DNA of 63,917 nt, filler included. It is 5 parts of 5 records of this genome, joined end to end, with 100 filler letters (N's around TTAATTAATTAA, not from the genome) between each part and the next. Parts side by side here need not be neighbours in the genome. Positions count along the whole stretch, not along the records: positions 1 to 8,688 come from SRR20825019_119; positions 8,789 to 33,548 come from SRR20825019_120; 3 more parts are not named here. One strand, given 5' to 3'. Numbering within the stretch: position 1 is the first letter of the stretch; every line of letters starts with the position of its first letter. A program made the translations under genes and the position numbers. The notes beneath the pieces were generated by a model that saw nothing but the letters and a program-made list of their open reading frames with translations, was not told the DNA's origin and did not search any database. Below are positions 8,446-19,623 of this stretch, one piece after another.

Positions 8446-8688
8446 CTAAGCCGCGAAGTAGTCCTGGAGGGCGCGGACCTGGAGGCTTCCCTGCTTGAGG
8501 GCGACGATGCCTTCGACGGCCGCGAGGGCGCCGTCGATGGTGGTGTAGTAAGGGATCTTGGACAGGAGTGCGGTGCGACGGATGTCGCGGCTGTCGGAGA
8601 TCGATTTGAGACCATCGGTGGTGTTGATGACCAGCTGCACGCCGCCATTTTTCATCGAGTCGACGATATGCGGACGGCCTTCGAGCAC
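8446..8688 (-). CDS. carB: Carbamoyl-phosphate synthase large subunit, C-terminal MGS-like fragment
   Basis: [24 protein letters not shown] and IPYYTTI; truncated by the contig end. Confidence 0.93.
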   Translation of the reverse strand: MLEGRPHIVDSMKNGGVQLVINTTDGLKSISDSRDIRRTALLSKIPYYTTIDGALAAVEGIVALKQGSLQVRALQDYFAA

Positions 8689-8788
8689 NNNNNNNNNNNN
8701 NNNNNNNNNNNNNNNNNNNNNNNNNNNNNNNNTTAATTAATTAANNNNNNNNNNNNNNNNNNNNNNNNNNNNNNNNNNNNNNNNNNNN
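8689..8788. other. Artificial contig spacer
   Basis: N-run, TTAATTAATTAA (stops in all six frames), N-run; 100 bp. Confidence 0.99.
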
Positions 8789-8790
8789 CC

Positions 8791-11613
8791 GTTCTCAGCC
8801 GGGTCAGCCAGGTGGTGCTCTGTGTCCATAATCCCAGCGAATTTTACTGGGCCGACATCATCAGCGACCGTGACCTGCTGACGGCGGACCGCAAGCGCGG
8901 CAAGACCCACCCGGAACTGGCGGCACTGACCGACCCTGATGCTCTCCACCAGCACGCTAACCCCCTGCTGGCGGCGTGGGGCAAACAGGGGCGGGACTAC
9001 ATTCGCCTGCTGGACGAATTCGACAACCCCGAGGCGTACCAGGGCCGCGTGGCAACTCCGGAGGGCCGGATCGATATTTTCACGCCCCACGGAGATCCGG
9101 ATAAGCCTGCGCTGTTGCATCAGATCCAGAACGACATTCGTTCGCTCACTTCCCAGGCAGAGATGCTGGGGCAGGCACGGACCCTCGATCCGTTCCAGGA
9201 CGATTCCGTGGTGTTTCACAATGCCCACAGCCCGCAACGGGAAGTGGAGATTCTTCACGACCAGTTGCTAGCGGCATTCAACAGCAACCCGCAGCTTCGG
9301 CCCCGCGACGTGATCGTCATGGTGCCAGACGTCGACACCTACGCACCTCACATCCAGGCGGTGTTTGGCCGTTACCCGTCGTCGTCCCGGCGCTACATCC
9401 CGTTCACCATTTCCGACCAGGGCCAGCGGCATCGTCAGCCGGTGCTGATTGCACTGGACACGTTGATGGCGCTCCCCGAAAGCCGTTTTGGCGTCAGCGA
9501 GATCATCAGCCTGCTGGAAGTGCCGGCCGTACGCAGCCGGTTCGGTATCGCCGAGGGCGATCTTCCATTGGTACGCCAATGGGTGGACGGCGCCAACATT
9601 CGCTGGGGCCTGCACAGCGAACATCGCAGCAGTCTCGACTTGCCTGAGGGGCTGGAACGCAACACCTGGCAGGCGGGGCTGCGGCGGATGCTGTTGGGCT
9701 ATGGCGCTGGCCGCGACGATCCCTGGCAGGGCATTGAACCGTTCGAGGAAATCGGCGGCCTGCAGGCAGGTGTGGCGGGCAATCTCTACCGCTTTGTGGA
9801 TCGGTTGGAAGAGCTCTGGCACGAGCTCAGGTCCGCTGCAACGCCGGCCGGCTGGCTCGATCGGCTGCAGTCCATCCTCGAACGCTTCTTCGCTGAACTG
9901 TCTGACGACGATTTACTACTGGTGAATCGGTTACGCCGGCAGGCAGAGCAATGGCTCCAGGATTGCAACAGTGCGGGCATGGAAGACGTGGAACTGCCCC
10001 TGAGCATCGTGCGGGAAATTCTGCTGGAAGGGTTGGAAGAAGGCGGCCTCAATCAGCGCTTCCTGGCCGGCAAGGTCAATTTTGCAACCCTGATGCCCAT
10101 GCGCGCCATCCCCTTTCGACGGGTGTGCCTGTTGGGCATGAACGACGGTGACTACCCGCGCTCGCGACCGCCGGTGGATTTTGACCTGATGGCCGTGGAT
10201 TACCGACCGGGCGACCGTTCCCGCCGTGAAGACGACCGCTACCTGTTTCTGGAGGCATTGCTCTCCGCGCGGGAGCAGCTTTACATCAGTTGGGTAGGGC
10301 GCAGCATCCGTGATGATTCGGAACGGCCACCCTCGGTACTGGTCAGCCAGCTCTGTGACCATCTTGATGCGGTGTGGCAGGTGGAAAAGTCGGACCGAAA
10401 AGCCTCTCCGACCCTGACGATCAAACACCCGCTGCAGCCGTTCAGCCGTGAGTATTTTCCCGCCGGAAATCGCGGAGCCGGGCACAATGGCTCGCCCGAC
10501 GTGAACGCAGTGCTGGCAACGCGGCGCCTGTTCACCTATGACAGTGAATGGCTCAGTGCGCACCAGCAACGGGAAACCGACGTGGTGGGCGTCGAACTGC
10601 CTTTCCTGCGACCGGCGGAGCCACTGACGATTGCTGATATTGGCGCTTTCCTCAAGCGACCAGTGGACACCTTTTGCCAGCGCCGGCTGCAGGTCCGGTT
10701 TACCGATGTGGAGAGTCTGGACACCGACAACGAGGCATTCGCCATGGACGGCTTGCACCACTGGCGCCTGGAGGACGAACTGATCCGTCATGCGGTGATG
10801 AAATCGGGCACCGAGGACGAGCTGCATCAGCGGCTGGAGGCTGCCCTGGCGAGCATGGCCCGGCGAGGTGAGTTGGGCATGGGAGTGACGGAAACCGCCC
10901 TGACCCGGCAGTTGGAAAGCCGCATGCCAGACCTGTACCGGCGTTATCAGGAGGCCGTGGCGCTCTGGCCTGAGCCGGTGGAAGATATCTCAGGCTTTGA
11001 GTACCGCCATGAGCATGGCGACGCGGCGGTCACTGTTAACGACAGGCTGGGCAACCTGCGGACCCGCCCGGGCGGTGATCTCTGCCGGGTAGTGATCGCC
11101 AGTAGCAATCTGCTGGAAGGGTCCGGAAGCGCTCGCCAGCTAAAGTTCCCGGCCCTCTTGGAACACTGGGTTGCACACCTGGCAGGTAATATACGCTACG
11201 ACGCTTTCCACACACTGGTGATCGCCAAAGAGGAAAAGCGTGTCGTCAACCTGTTGCCTCTGGACACCGACCAGGCCAGGGAATACCTGGCTGGCATCCT
11301 GGGCTACTGGATTCAGGGCCAGACGCGGCCGCTGCCGATAGAGTCGGGTGCGGCCTTCGGCTATTTGCGGGGCCTTTTTCCCGCCAGGGGCGAGGGCAGT
11401 GAAGACAAAGCACTGCTGAAGGCGACGGACGCCTACGGCAAGGCTCTGGAGCGCGACAGTGGTTACCTGCGCCGGGCCTATCCGGAGGTAGAACAACTGC
11501 TGGCGGATGACGAATTTCCGCTGTTGGTGTCGGCACTGTATGAGCCACTCTGGCACGCCGAACAGGCCGGTCGGGCTAAGCCTGGCGGTGCGGGACGGGG
11601 GTCGACAAAATGA
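8791..11613 (+). CDS. recC: Exodeoxyribonuclease V gamma subunit, 5'-truncated
   Basis: NPLLAAWGKQGRDY, HSPQREVEILHDQL, TLMPMRAIPF, LLGMNDGDYPR and HPLQPFS. The frame is open back to the contig edge. Confidence 0.96.
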   Translation, partial: VLSRVSQVVLCVHNPSEFYWADIISDRDLLTADRKRGKTHPELAALTDPDALHQHANPLLAAWGKQGRDYIRLLDEFDNPEAYQGRVATPEGRIDIFTPHGDPDKPALLHQIQNDIRSLTSQAEMLGQARTLDPFQDDSVVFHNAHSPQREVEILHDQLLAAFNSNPQLRPRDVIVMVPDVDTYAPHIQAVFGRYPSSSRRYIPFTISDQGQRHRQPVLIALDTLMALPESRFGVSEIISLLEVPAVRSRFGIAEGDLPLVRQWVDGANIRWGLHSEHRSSLDLPEGLERNTWQAGLRRMLLGYGAGRDDPWQGIEPFEEIGGLQAGVAGNLYRFVDRLEELWHELRSAATPAGWLDRLQSILERFFAELSDDDLLLVNRLRRQAEQWLQDCNSAGMEDVELPLSIVREILLEGLEEGGLNQRFLAGKVNFATLMPMRAIPFRRVCLLGMNDGDYPRSRPPVDFDLMAVDYRPGDRSRREDDRYLFLEALLSAREQLYISWVGRSIRDDSERPPSVLVSQLCDHLDAVWQVEKSDRKASPTLTIKHPLQPFSREYFPAGNRGAGHNGSPDVNAVLATRRLFTYDSEWLSAHQQRETDVVGVELPFLRPAEPLTIADIGAFLKRPVDTFCQRRLQVRFTDVESLDTDNEAFAMDGLHHWRLEDELIRHAVMKSGTEDELHQRLEAALASMARRGELGMGVTETALTRQLESRMPDLYRRYQEAVALWPEPVEDISGFEYRHEHGDAAVTVNDRLGNLRTRPGGDLCRVVIASSNLLEGSGSARQLKFPALLEHWVAHLAGNIRYDAFHTLVIAKEEKRVVNLLPLDTDQAREYLAGILGYWIQGQTRPLPIESGAAFGYLRGLFPARGEGSEDKALLKATDAYGKALERDSGYLRRAYPEVEQLLADDEFPLLVSALYEPLWHAEQAGRAKPGGAGRGSTK

Positions 11614-14600
11614 CGGAAGAGATCCGCAAGCTCGATCCCCTCACACTGTCGTTGCGTGGCAGCCAGCTGATCGAGGCCAGTGCCGGCACCGGCAAGACCT
11701 TTACCCTGGCGTTGCTGTACGTGCGCCTGGTACTGGGCCATCGCACCGTGGAGGAGCCACTCGGTGAGGGCATCATGCCGCCCAACCTGTTGGTGGTGAC
11801 CTTTACCGAGGCCGCCACCAAGGAACTCCGGGACCGGATTCGCGCCCGCCTGACCGAAGCAGCGGCGTTATTCGCGGCTGAACCGGACACTGTCGACACC
11901 GCGGCGATGTCAAAAGACCCACTGGTGAATCTGCGCAATGCCTGCCCAGCGACCGACTGGCCAGCCTGCCGCCGCAAACTGCTGTTGGCCGCGGAATGGA
12001 TGGACGAGGCTGCCGTGTCCACCATCCACGGCTGGTGCAATCGCATGCTCAGCGAACATGCCTTCGACAGCGGCAGCCTGTTCCGTCAGACCCTGGAGAC
12101 CAGTCAGACGGACCTGCTGGATGACGTTGTGAGGGATTACTGGCGTACCTTTATCTACCCCATGCCACCGGAGTTGATGGGGGAGGTGCTGGACACCTGG
12201 AAAACCCCGGAAAGCCTGCGCCAGTCAGTGCGCAACCTGTTGCCACACGTTGATGCCCTGCCAGTGCCGGAACGTGACCCACTGGCCGCTGCGGAGGAAG
12301 CGAAACGCCTGCGGGAGGTGGAACTGCAGGCTCTGAAAGCCCCCTGGCCGGCCTGGTGCGACGAACTGGAAGAGCTGTTGGCGGAAACCACGAAGCGAAA
12401 GCCGAAACCGCTGCATGGCACCACCAAAAACTCCCTTCAAAAAGCCGTGGAACACCTTCGAGAATGGGCCACAACCGATGCGGCTGAACCGCATGAGTTC
12501 TTGTCGAGCAAGCGCACCAAGGGTTTCGATACCCTGGAGGCGGACGCGTTTGCCGAAAAATGGACCGGCGAGGATGAGCCTCCGCATCATCCTGCCATGG
12601 ACGCCATCACCGAACTCAAACCGGCATTGAAAACCATGCCGGTGGCGAAAGCGGACATTCTCAACCATGCCGCCTGCTGGATCGCCCGTCGCCTGGACAG
12701 CGAAAAACAGCGCCTGGCCAGTATGGGCTTTGACGACCTGCTCACGCGACTGGATGCCGCGTTGGGCGGCCCCCAGGGCGAACGCCTGGCAGGCACTATT
12801 CGTCGGCAGTTTCCGGTGGCGATGATCGATGAATTCCAGGATACCGACCCGGTGCAGTACCGGATTTTTGACCGTATATACCGGGTGGCCAGCAACGACC
12901 AGGACACCAGCCTGTTGATGATTGGCGACCCCAAACAAGCGATTTACGGTTTCCGTGGCGCTGATATCTACACCTATCTGGATGCCCGTCGGGCGGTCAG
13001 CAGCCGAACCTACACGCTGGGGACCAACTACCGCTCAGCTGTCGCCATGGTAGACGGCGTCAACCGGGTATTCGCCCAGGCCGACCAGTCCCTGCCCGAA
13101 GGGGCCTTCCTGTTTCGAGCCGGGGACGACAACCCGTTGCCCTTCAGCCCCGTGGAGGCCAAAGGTACCGGCCAGCAATGGCTTGTTAACGGGCAGCCGC
13201 GACCACCACTGACGTTCTGGACCCTGACCGATGAGCGCCCTATCGCCAAGGAAACCGGCAGGGAGGCCATGGCCGAGGCCTGTGCGGCGGAGATTGCCCG
13301 CCTGTTGAATCTGGGGCAGAGCGGCGAGGCGGGCTTTGGGGCCGAGGGCACGCCGTTTGAGCCCGTGCGACCGGAGCACATTGCTGTGCTGGTCAACAAA
13401 CGTGACGAGGCGAATGCCGTCCGGCGATCATTGGGCGCCCGGGGCGTTCGCAGTGTGTACCTCTCAGACCGTAATTCCGTGCTGCAGTCGGTCCAGTCGG
13501 TGGAGATGTTGCAGTGGCTGCAGGCCTGCGCCGAACCGGGCCAGCTTCCGCTGATTCGCGCGGCACTCGCCACGCCCACCATGGGCCTGGCTTATCAGGA
13601 GCTGGACCGTCTGTTCAGTGACGAAAATGCGCTGGACCGCGAGATCAACCGCTTTCAGGGCTACCGTGAACTCTGGCAGCAACAGGGCGTACTGCCGATG
13701 CTGCGGCGCCTGCTGATGGACTATGACGTGCCGGCGAAGCTGCTGTCCGGGCCTGACGGCGAACGCGGCCTGACCGACATTCTGCATATTGCCGAACTGC
13801 TTCAGCAGGACAGCCAGCAGCTGGACGGCGAACATGCGCTCATTCACCACTACACCGAGATGTTGCAGGATTCCGACGATGAGGACGAACACCGCACCAT
13901 GCGCCTGGAAAGTGATGCCGGGCTGGTCAAGGTGGTTACTGTCCACAAGTCCAAAGGCCTGGAGTACCCGTTGGTGTTCCTGCCGTTTGCCACCGAATTC
14001 CGCGAGGAAAAGCCGAACCAGTCGTTTATCAAGTACCACGACGACGAGGGCCGGCTGCAGATTTCCCTGGAGCCGGATGAAGACACCCTGGCAAGGGCCG
14101 ACCGCGAACGACTGGGTGAGGATATTCGCAAACTCTACGTTGCCCTGACCCGATCCCGTCACGCCACCTGGGTTGGCGCCAGCGGCATCAAAGGCTGGCG
14201 GCAGAGTGGTCTGGGGCACCTGATTGGCCGCTCTGCCAGCGATGAAGACACGGACCTGATGCCCTTCCTGCAGTCCGTGGCCACCGGCGAGCCCGCAATC
14301 GATGTGGCGCCCATGCCTGAGCCAGGAGACGACGTTTACGCGGGCGACGAGGAGCCGGAGCTTGGCAACGCCCTGGAGCCAGTGCGGGAAGCCCGGGAAA
14401 ACTGGTGGATCGCAAGCTATTCCGCGATCACCTATGGCGCCCGCGGTGGCTACGGGAACGACTTCGCACCGGCCAGTGAGGATGCGGAGCAGGAGAACCT
14501 GCGTGACGAGGACGAGCCCGTTGTGGCCGATACCCTGGCCGCAATGATTCCCGACTGGCAAGGGCCGCAACCGGTCAACCAGCATGCTTTCCCGAAAGGC

Positions 14601-15317
14601 TCCGGCCCCGGCACCTTCCTGCATGATATTCTGGAGTGGTGCGCTGGAGAGGGGTTCCATAAGGTGGCTGATGCGCCGGAGGATCTCCACGAGCTGCTGG
14701 AGCGACGCTGCCAGTTACGCAACTGGAGTGATTGGACTGACACCCTGAAAACCTGGATCTACACCCTGATCACCATGGACATCCCGCTTCCGGGCAGCAG
14801 CAGGACATGCTCCCTGGCGGGCCTTGAAACCTTTCGGCCGGAACTGGAGTTCTGGTTTGAAAGCCATGAGGTGAACACCCTCGCCATGGACAGACTGGTC
14901 CGCCGGCATACGCTGGGTGGTGATCCGCGTCCCGAGGCTCAGCAAGCCACCTTCAATGGCATGCTGAAAGGGTTTATCGACCTGGTGTTTGAACACGAAG
15001 GCCGCTACTACGTGCTGGACTACAAGTCGAACTTCCTGGGGGAGGACGATCAGGCCTATATCCCTGACGTGATGAAAGACAAAATCCTTGAGAAACGGTA
15101 TGACCTGCAGTACGTCATCTACCTGCTGGCGTTGCACCGCCTGTTGAAAGCGCGCCTGCCGGACTACGATTACGACAGCCACATGGGAGGTGCCGTCTAC
15201 CTGTTCCTGCGTGGCTGCGATGCACCGGGCGCCGGCGCTTTTACCGAACGACCGGACAGGGCCCTGATTGAGGAACTGGACCGGCTGTTCAGCGGCCAGG
15301 GGGAGAAAGCAGCATGA
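11610..15317 (+). CDS. recB: Exodeoxyribonuclease V beta subunit
   Basis: IEASAGTGKT, IDEFQDTD, IGDPKQAIYGFRGAD, HKSKGLEY and nuclease GFIDL...LDYKSN. ATGA overlap with recC. Confidence 0.97.
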   Translation: MTEEIRKLDPLTLSLRGSQLIEASAGTGKTFTLALLYVRLVLGHRTVEEPLGEGIMPPNLLVVTFTEAATKELRDRIRARLTEAAALFAAEPDTVDTAAMSKDPLVNLRNACPATDWPACRRKLLLAAEWMDEAAVSTIHGWCNRMLSEHAFDSGSLFRQTLETSQTDLLDDVVRDYWRTFIYPMPPELMGEVLDTWKTPESLRQSVRNLLPHVDALPVPERDPLAAAEEAKRLREVELQALKAPWPAWCDELEELLAETTKRKPKPLHGTTKNSLQKAVEHLREWATTDAAEPHEFLSSKRTKGFDTLEADAFAEKWTGEDEPPHHPAMDAITELKPALKTMPVAKADILNHAACWIARRLDSEKQRLASMGFDDLLTRLDAALGGPQGERLAGTIRRQFPVAMIDEFQDTDPVQYRIFDRIYRVASNDQDTSLLMIGDPKQAIYGFRGADIYTYLDARRAVSSRTYTLGTNYRSAVAMVDGVNRVFAQADQSLPEGAFLFRAGDDNPLPFSPVEAKGTGQQWLVNGQPRPPLTFWTLTDERPIAKETGREAMAEACAAEIARLLNLGQSGEAGFGAEGTPFEPVRPEHIAVLVNKRDEANAVRRSLGARGVRSVYLSDRNSVLQSVQSVEMLQWLQACAEPGQLPLIRAALATPTMGLAYQELDRLFSDENALDREINRFQGYRELWQQQGVLPMLRRLLMDYDVPAKLLSGPDGERGLTDILHIAELLQQDSQQLDGEHALIHHYTEMLQDSDDEDEHRTMRLESDAGLVKVVTVHKSKGLEYPLVFLPFATEFREEKPNQSFIKYHDDEGRLQISLEPDEDTLARADRERLGEDIRKLYVALTRSRHATWVGASGIKGWRQSGLGHLIGRSASDEDTDLMPFLQSVATGEPAIDVAPMPEPGDDVYAGDEEPELGNALEPVREARENWWIASYSAITYGARGGYGNDFAPASEDAEQENLRDEDEPVVADTLAAMIPDWQGPQPVNQHAFPKGSGPGTFLHDILEWCAGEGFHKVADAPEDLHELLERRCQLRNWSDWTDTLKTWIYTLITMDIPLPGSSRTCSLAGLETFRPELEFWFESHEVNTLAMDRLVRRHTLGGDPRPEAQQATFNGMLKGFIDLVFEHEGRYYVLDYKSNFLGEDDQAYIPDVMKDKILEKRYDLQYVIYLLALHRLLKARLPDYDYDSHMGGAVYLFLRGCDAPGAGAFTERPDRALIEELDRLFSGQGEKAA

Positions 15318-17485
15318 CCGGAGAAAGCGGAACCATTGCGGACCTGTTCGACGCCGTTGAGCCCGAACCGGCACCACGGTTGCCCCAAACCGCTGCCGAC
15401 GCTCTGGCCCTGCTGGATGAGTGGGTGGAGCGCGACTGGATTCGTGCCCTCGATCATGCCTTCGCGACGTTTGTTTGCACGATGGTCCGTGAACAGGGAG
15501 AGCAGCCGGTGGCCATGCTTGCGCTGCTGTCAGCGATGGTGTCACACCAGGTGGGGCGGGGGCACGTTTGCCTGGATGTGCGTCATCTCTGTCGTGCCAC
15601 GGAACCAACGCTGGTGCTGCCGCCGGAAGGCGTCGGTTCTCTACCTGAAAACAGCCCTAGGCCGTCGGATCTGTTTGCCAGTGTCGACGCTGACCAACTG
15701 ATTGGGATGCTGGGACAAAGCTGCGCTGTCAGCAACGGCGAGCAGGCAGCACCGCTGGTATTGGATGGCTCGCGGCTGTACCTGCGTCGATTCTGGCGCT
15801 ATGAGCAGGCTATTGCCGCCGGTATTCGGGCACGTCTCGACAACCGTGTGGCGTTGACGGATACCGCTCCGTTGAAAACGGCACTGGATACCCTGTTCGG
15901 CACGGAAAACGATTCCGATGGCCCGCCGGATTATCAAAAAGTGGCCTGTGCCCTGGCAGCACGGAACCGCTTCAGTGTCATTACCGGCGGTCCCGGCACC
16001 GGTAAAACCACCACGGTAGTCAACCTGCTGGCGGCTTTGCAGTCGATGGCTTGTGAATCGGCTGAGACCGCCGGTGCCAACCCTTACCTGCGCATCCGCC
16101 TCTCGGCGCCAACCGGAAAAGCGGCCGCAAGGCTCAGTGAGTCCATCGGGGGTGCCGTTGACCGTCTGCCGCTGGAAAGCCTGCCGGGTGCACCGGATAA
16201 ATCCGCCATTCCAACCCAGGTCACTACATTACACCGGCTGTTGGGCAGTCGCCCGGGTTCACGGAGTTTTCGTCACAACGAGGACAATCCGTTGCCATTG
16301 GATATCCTGGTGATTGATGAAGCGTCCATGGTGGATGTGGACCTGATGGCGTCGGTCTTTGCCGCCCTGCCCGACAAGGCCAGGCTGATTATGCTGGGGG
16401 ACAAGGATCAACTGGCGTCGGTGGACGCTGGTGCGGTGTTGGGGGAGCTCTGCCAGCGCGCCGAAGGCGCACACTACCCGCCGCAAACGGCGCAATGGCT
16501 GCAAGCGGTGACCGGATGTCAATTGCCATCAGAGCTGCTGGACTCCGAAGGCCTGGCCCTGGACCAAGCGGTTGCTATGCTGCGAAAGAGCTATCGGTTT
16601 GACGAGCATAGCGGTATCGGTGTGCTGGCGTCGGCCACCAATGCGGGCCAGCTCAGCAGGGAATTGATCGGCCAATGCCGCAACCAGGGCTTTGAGGATG
16701 TGGCCTGGCTGACTGGTGAGAACGACATGGGGTGGTTGGCAAATCACGCCCTGACCGGCAGCCCGGAACGCTTCCACAACCAGGGCATGCAGCGCGTGGT
16801 TGGCACTGCGCCGGTTGATCCTCCGGTTGGCTACGGCCACTATCTAAAGCTGATTCGTGACCGCAAACCTGTCATCGACGTCGAGGCGGATGGGCGTGAA
16901 TCATGGGACGCCTGGGCAACCGAAGTGCTCACGGCGTTCAATCGCTTCAAGGTGCTTTGCGCGTTGCGTCAGGGACCGTTCGGAGTGGAAGGGCTGAACC
17001 ATGACATTGCCGGGCGTTTACATAGTGCCGGGTTGATCGAGCGCACCGACGGTTGGTACGCCGGTCGTCCGGTACTGATCACCGGAAACGACTATAATCT
17101 GGGCCTGATGAATGGCGATATCGGTATTACCCTGAGCGTGCCCTGGGATCGTAACGACGCGGGTGAGCCGGTTGAGACCCTGAGGGTCGCCTTTCCGTCC
17201 AGTGACGGTAGCGGAGGTGTCCGATGGATATCGCCCAGCCGTTTGCAATCGATGGAAACGGTCTACGCCATGACCGTGCACAAGTCCCAGGGTTCGGAAT
17301 TCACCCACGCCTGCCTGGTGATTCCGGACCGCCTGACCCCGGTGTTGACCCGGGAGCTGGTATACACCGGCATCACCCGGGCACGCCACTGGCTCAGCCT
17401 GGCGGTATGCCAGGACGGTGTGCTGAAAGAGGCAGTGGGGCGTAGCGTGATCAGGGCGTCAGGGCTGGCTGGGTTGTTGGCTTGA
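15314..17485 (+). CDS. recD: Exodeoxyribonuclease V alpha subunit
   Basis: ITGGPGTGKTT, APTGKAAARL, DEASMVD, YAMTVHKSQGSEF and YTGITRA. Confidence 0.97.
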   Translation: MTGESGTIADLFDAVEPEPAPRLPQTAADALALLDEWVERDWIRALDHAFATFVCTMVREQGEQPVAMLALLSAMVSHQVGRGHVCLDVRHLCRATEPTLVLPPEGVGSLPENSPRPSDLFASVDADQLIGMLGQSCAVSNGEQAAPLVLDGSRLYLRRFWRYEQAIAAGIRARLDNRVALTDTAPLKTALDTLFGTENDSDGPPDYQKVACALAARNRFSVITGGPGTGKTTTVVNLLAALQSMACESAETAGANPYLRIRLSAPTGKAAARLSESIGGAVDRLPLESLPGAPDKSAIPTQVTTLHRLLGSRPGSRSFRHNEDNPLPLDILVIDEASMVDVDLMASVFAALPDKARLIMLGDKDQLASVDAGAVLGELCQRAEGAHYPPQTAQWLQAVTGCQLPSELLDSEGLALDQAVAMLRKSYRFDEHSGIGVLASATNAGQLSRELIGQCRNQGFEDVAWLTGENDMGWLANHALTGSPERFHNQGMQRVVGTAPVDPPVGYGHYLKLIRDRKPVIDVEADGRESWDAWATEVLTAFNRFKVLCALRQGPFGVEGLNHDIAGRLHSAGLIERTDGWYAGRPVLITGNDYNLGLMNGDIGITLSVPWDRNDAGEPVETLRVAFPSSDGSGGVRWISPSRLQSMETVYAMTVHKSQGSEFTHACLVIPDRLTPVLTRELVYTGITRARHWLSLAVCQDGVLKEAVGRSVIRASGLAGLLA

Positions 17486-17520
17486 AGCGTCTATTGTTAA
17501 CCCTTATAGGGAGAAAGCAC

Positions 17521-17979
17521 ATGAGAGGAGTCGTGTCGGTACCTGGGCATGTGGCAATTCTGTTTGCTCTGCTTTTCCTGGCCGGTTGCGTCGGGTCACC
17601 TGCTACCAGCCGTTCAGCCGATGACATCGTGGCGATGCCGTTGACCAACACCTATTGGCAGCTGTTGAGCATCGGGGGTGAACCGGTGTCAGAAACCAAC
17701 GCCGACCAGAAACCCCACATTCTGTTTCTGGACGACGGCCGGGTAAGTGGCTTCAGTGGCTGCAATCAATACATGGGTAACTATCAGGTCACGGGTGAGA
17801 ACCTGCTGTTTGATTCCATGAGCAGCACTCGCAGGGCCTGCCCGGATAATCAGACGGAACAGTTGCTGTTCGCGGCCCTGGCGAAGACCGTTGGTGTCAA
17901 TCTCGAAGGCATCGAGCTTCGGTTGTTGGGTGAAGCCGGCGAAGAGTTGGCAGTGTTCGAAGCCTCACGGATGAAATAA
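17521..17979 (+). CDS. META-domain (HslJ-like) lipoprotein
   Basis: Lipobox LAGC; GFSGCNQY and STRRAC. GGGAG RBS before ATG 17521. Confidence 0.88.
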   Translation: MRGVVSVPGHVAILFALLFLAGCVGSPATSRSADDIVAMPLTNTYWQLLSIGGEPVSETNADQKPHILFLDDGRVSGFSGCNQYMGNYQVTGENLLFDSMSSTRRACPDNQTEQLLFAALAKTVGVNLEGIELRLLGEAGEELAVFEASRMK

Positions 17980-17990
17980 GGCGCCGGTCG

Positions 17991-18521
17991 TCAGGCGTCA
18001 GACAGACAGTCGGCCATGAAGCCCCTGAATTCGATCACCAGCCGCGCCAGGCTGTTTTCCAGGCGGTGTCCGTCCGGAAGTACCAGCAACGGCAACTTCT
18101 GCTCCCGTGCCAGCTCAATCACCGGCATCGGCAGCACCACATCGTCGTCCCAGCCGTGAATGATCTGGGTGTGCCGGGCCTGAATCCGGGGGCTGGATTG
18201 CGGATAGGCCGACATCGCCAAAGCCGGCGCCAGAAGGAAGCACCCCAGTACCGGTGTTTCTGCACTGGTGCGAGCACACACCCAGCCTCCCATGCTGGAC
18301 CCGGCCAGGATGGTCCTTTCCGGGTCGGCACCCGCCTCGGAGATGGCTTCTCTCATCTGTGTGAGGCGTTCGGCGGGATCTTTCGTGCTGCGATGATCCA
18401 CGGCAATCGCGGTGACACCGGGTAAGGTTTCCGCTTCGGCTTTCAGCGCCTGTACTTTGGTGCCTCCAGGGCCACTTTCCAGGCCGTGGGACAGGAAAAC
18501 ATGAAATTCGGGCGTGGCCAT
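17991..18521 (-). CDS. Small alpha/beta hydrolase
   Basis: SHGLES, nucleophile elbow GSSMGG, IHGWDDDVV and DGH. Confidence 0.88.
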   Translation of the reverse strand: MATPEFHVFLSHGLESGPGGTKVQALKAEAETLPGVTAIAVDHRSTKDPAERLTQMREAISEAGADPERTILAGSSMGGWVCARTSAETPVLGCFLLAPALAMSAYPQSSPRIQARHTQIIHGWDDDVVLPMPVIELAREQKLPLLVLPDGHRLENSLARLVIEFRGFMADCLSDA

Positions 18522-18540
18522 GGTTGTCTCCGGTAAGAGG

Positions 18541-19545
18541 TCAGTGTCGGGTGGCGGCCAGGATATCCAGCGCGTGCCGCCGTTTCTCGGGGTCGTACAG
18601 ATCCACGGTAAACATCAGTTCGTCCACGTCCACAGTCTGCAATAACCGATCCAGCTGCTCCCGGAGAGTGTCCTCACTGCCCAGCAACTGCAGCGACAGG
18701 AAGTCCTTCACGCCTGCCTGCTCACCGCTGTTCCATAAACCTTCCATGGACTTGACCGGGGGCCGCATCCACAGTGGTTGGCCCCGGAACAGGGAAAGAA
18801 TGCGCTGGTAACTGGTGGTGGCCAGGAACTGGGCCTCCTCGTCGGTGTCCGCAGGCACGGCCGGAACGGCCAGAATCACATAGGGTTTGTCCAGTTGGTC
18901 CGAAGGCTGGAAGTTGTCCCGGTAAGTCTGGATCGCCTCGCGGTAAAGCCGGGGCGCGAAGTGGCCGGCAAAGGCGTAGGGTAGCCCCCGCATCGCGGCA
19001 AGCTGCGCGCTGTAAAGGCTGGAGCCCAGCAGCCAGATGGGCACATTGGTGCCGGCGCCGGGAATGGCCTTGACCGGCTGTCCCGGCTGGAGTGGCCCCA
19101 GCAAAGACTGCAGACGCGCGACATCCTCGGGGAACTGTTCTGCCCCGAGACCGTCCCGGCGCAGCGCCCGGCTGGTTATGGGGTCGGTGCCCGGAGCTCG
19201 GCCCAGGCCAAGGTCAATCCGGCCGGGATAGAGGCTTTCCAGGGTGCCGAACTGCTCGGCGATCACCAGCGGCGGATGGTTGGGCAGCATGATACCCCCG
19301 GACCCTACCCGGAGAGTGCTGGTAGCACCGGCAATGTGCCCGACCAGTACGGCCGTTGCGGAGCTGCTTATGCCTTCCATGTTGTGATGCTCGGCCAGCC
19401 AGAAGCGGTTAAAGCCCAGGTTTTCCGCATGGCGGGCGTAGGCGACGCTGTTGGCCAGGGTCTGCCCCACGGAATCGCCTTCGCGAACGGAGGCCAGCTC
19501 AAGAAGGGAATAGGCAGGGAATTGGGCGCTGGAATTCTGCGACAT
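18541..19545 (-). CDS. Luciferase-like monooxygenase (LLM, YhbW-like)
   Basis: [32 protein letters not shown] and WLLGSS. GGAG RBS before ATG 19545. Confidence 0.92.
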   Translation of the reverse strand: MSQNSSAQFPAYSLLELASVREGDSVGQTLANSVAYARHAENLGFNRFWLAEHHNMEGISSSATAVLVGHIAGATSTLRVGSGGIMLPNHPPLVIAEQFGTLESLYPGRIDLGLGRAPGTDPITSRALRRDGLGAEQFPEDVARLQSLLGPLQPGQPVKAIPGAGTNVPIWLLGSSLYSAQLAAMRGLPYAFAGHFAPRLYREAIQTYRDNFQPSDQLDKPYVILAVPAVPADTDEEAQFLATTSYQRILSLFRGQPLWMRPPVKSMEGLWNSGEQAGVKDFLSLQLLGSEDTLREQLDRLLQTVDVDELMFTVDLYDPEKRRHALDILAATRH

Positions 19546-19580
19546 TGAATGCTCCGGGTTTGAACTATCCGGCAGCATAA

Positions 19581-19608
19581 CAAAAACCGGCCCGCTATGA
19601 AGCGGGCC
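19581..19608 (-). terminator. Intrinsic terminator after the nucleotidase gene
   Basis: GGCCCGCT/AGCGGGCC stem followed by GGTTTTTG on the minus strand. Confidence 0.75.
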
Positions 19609-19623
19609 AGGGGATGGTTGCCG

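Noticed and set aside
8733-8744. TTAATTAATTAA as a biological repeat or TTAA transposon target site
   Set aside because: It sits identically inside N-runs four times and is a six-frame-stop linker.
8791-17485. recCBD as a novel helicase-nuclease defence system
   Set aside because: Canonical RecBCD with all motifs intact and the usual gene order.
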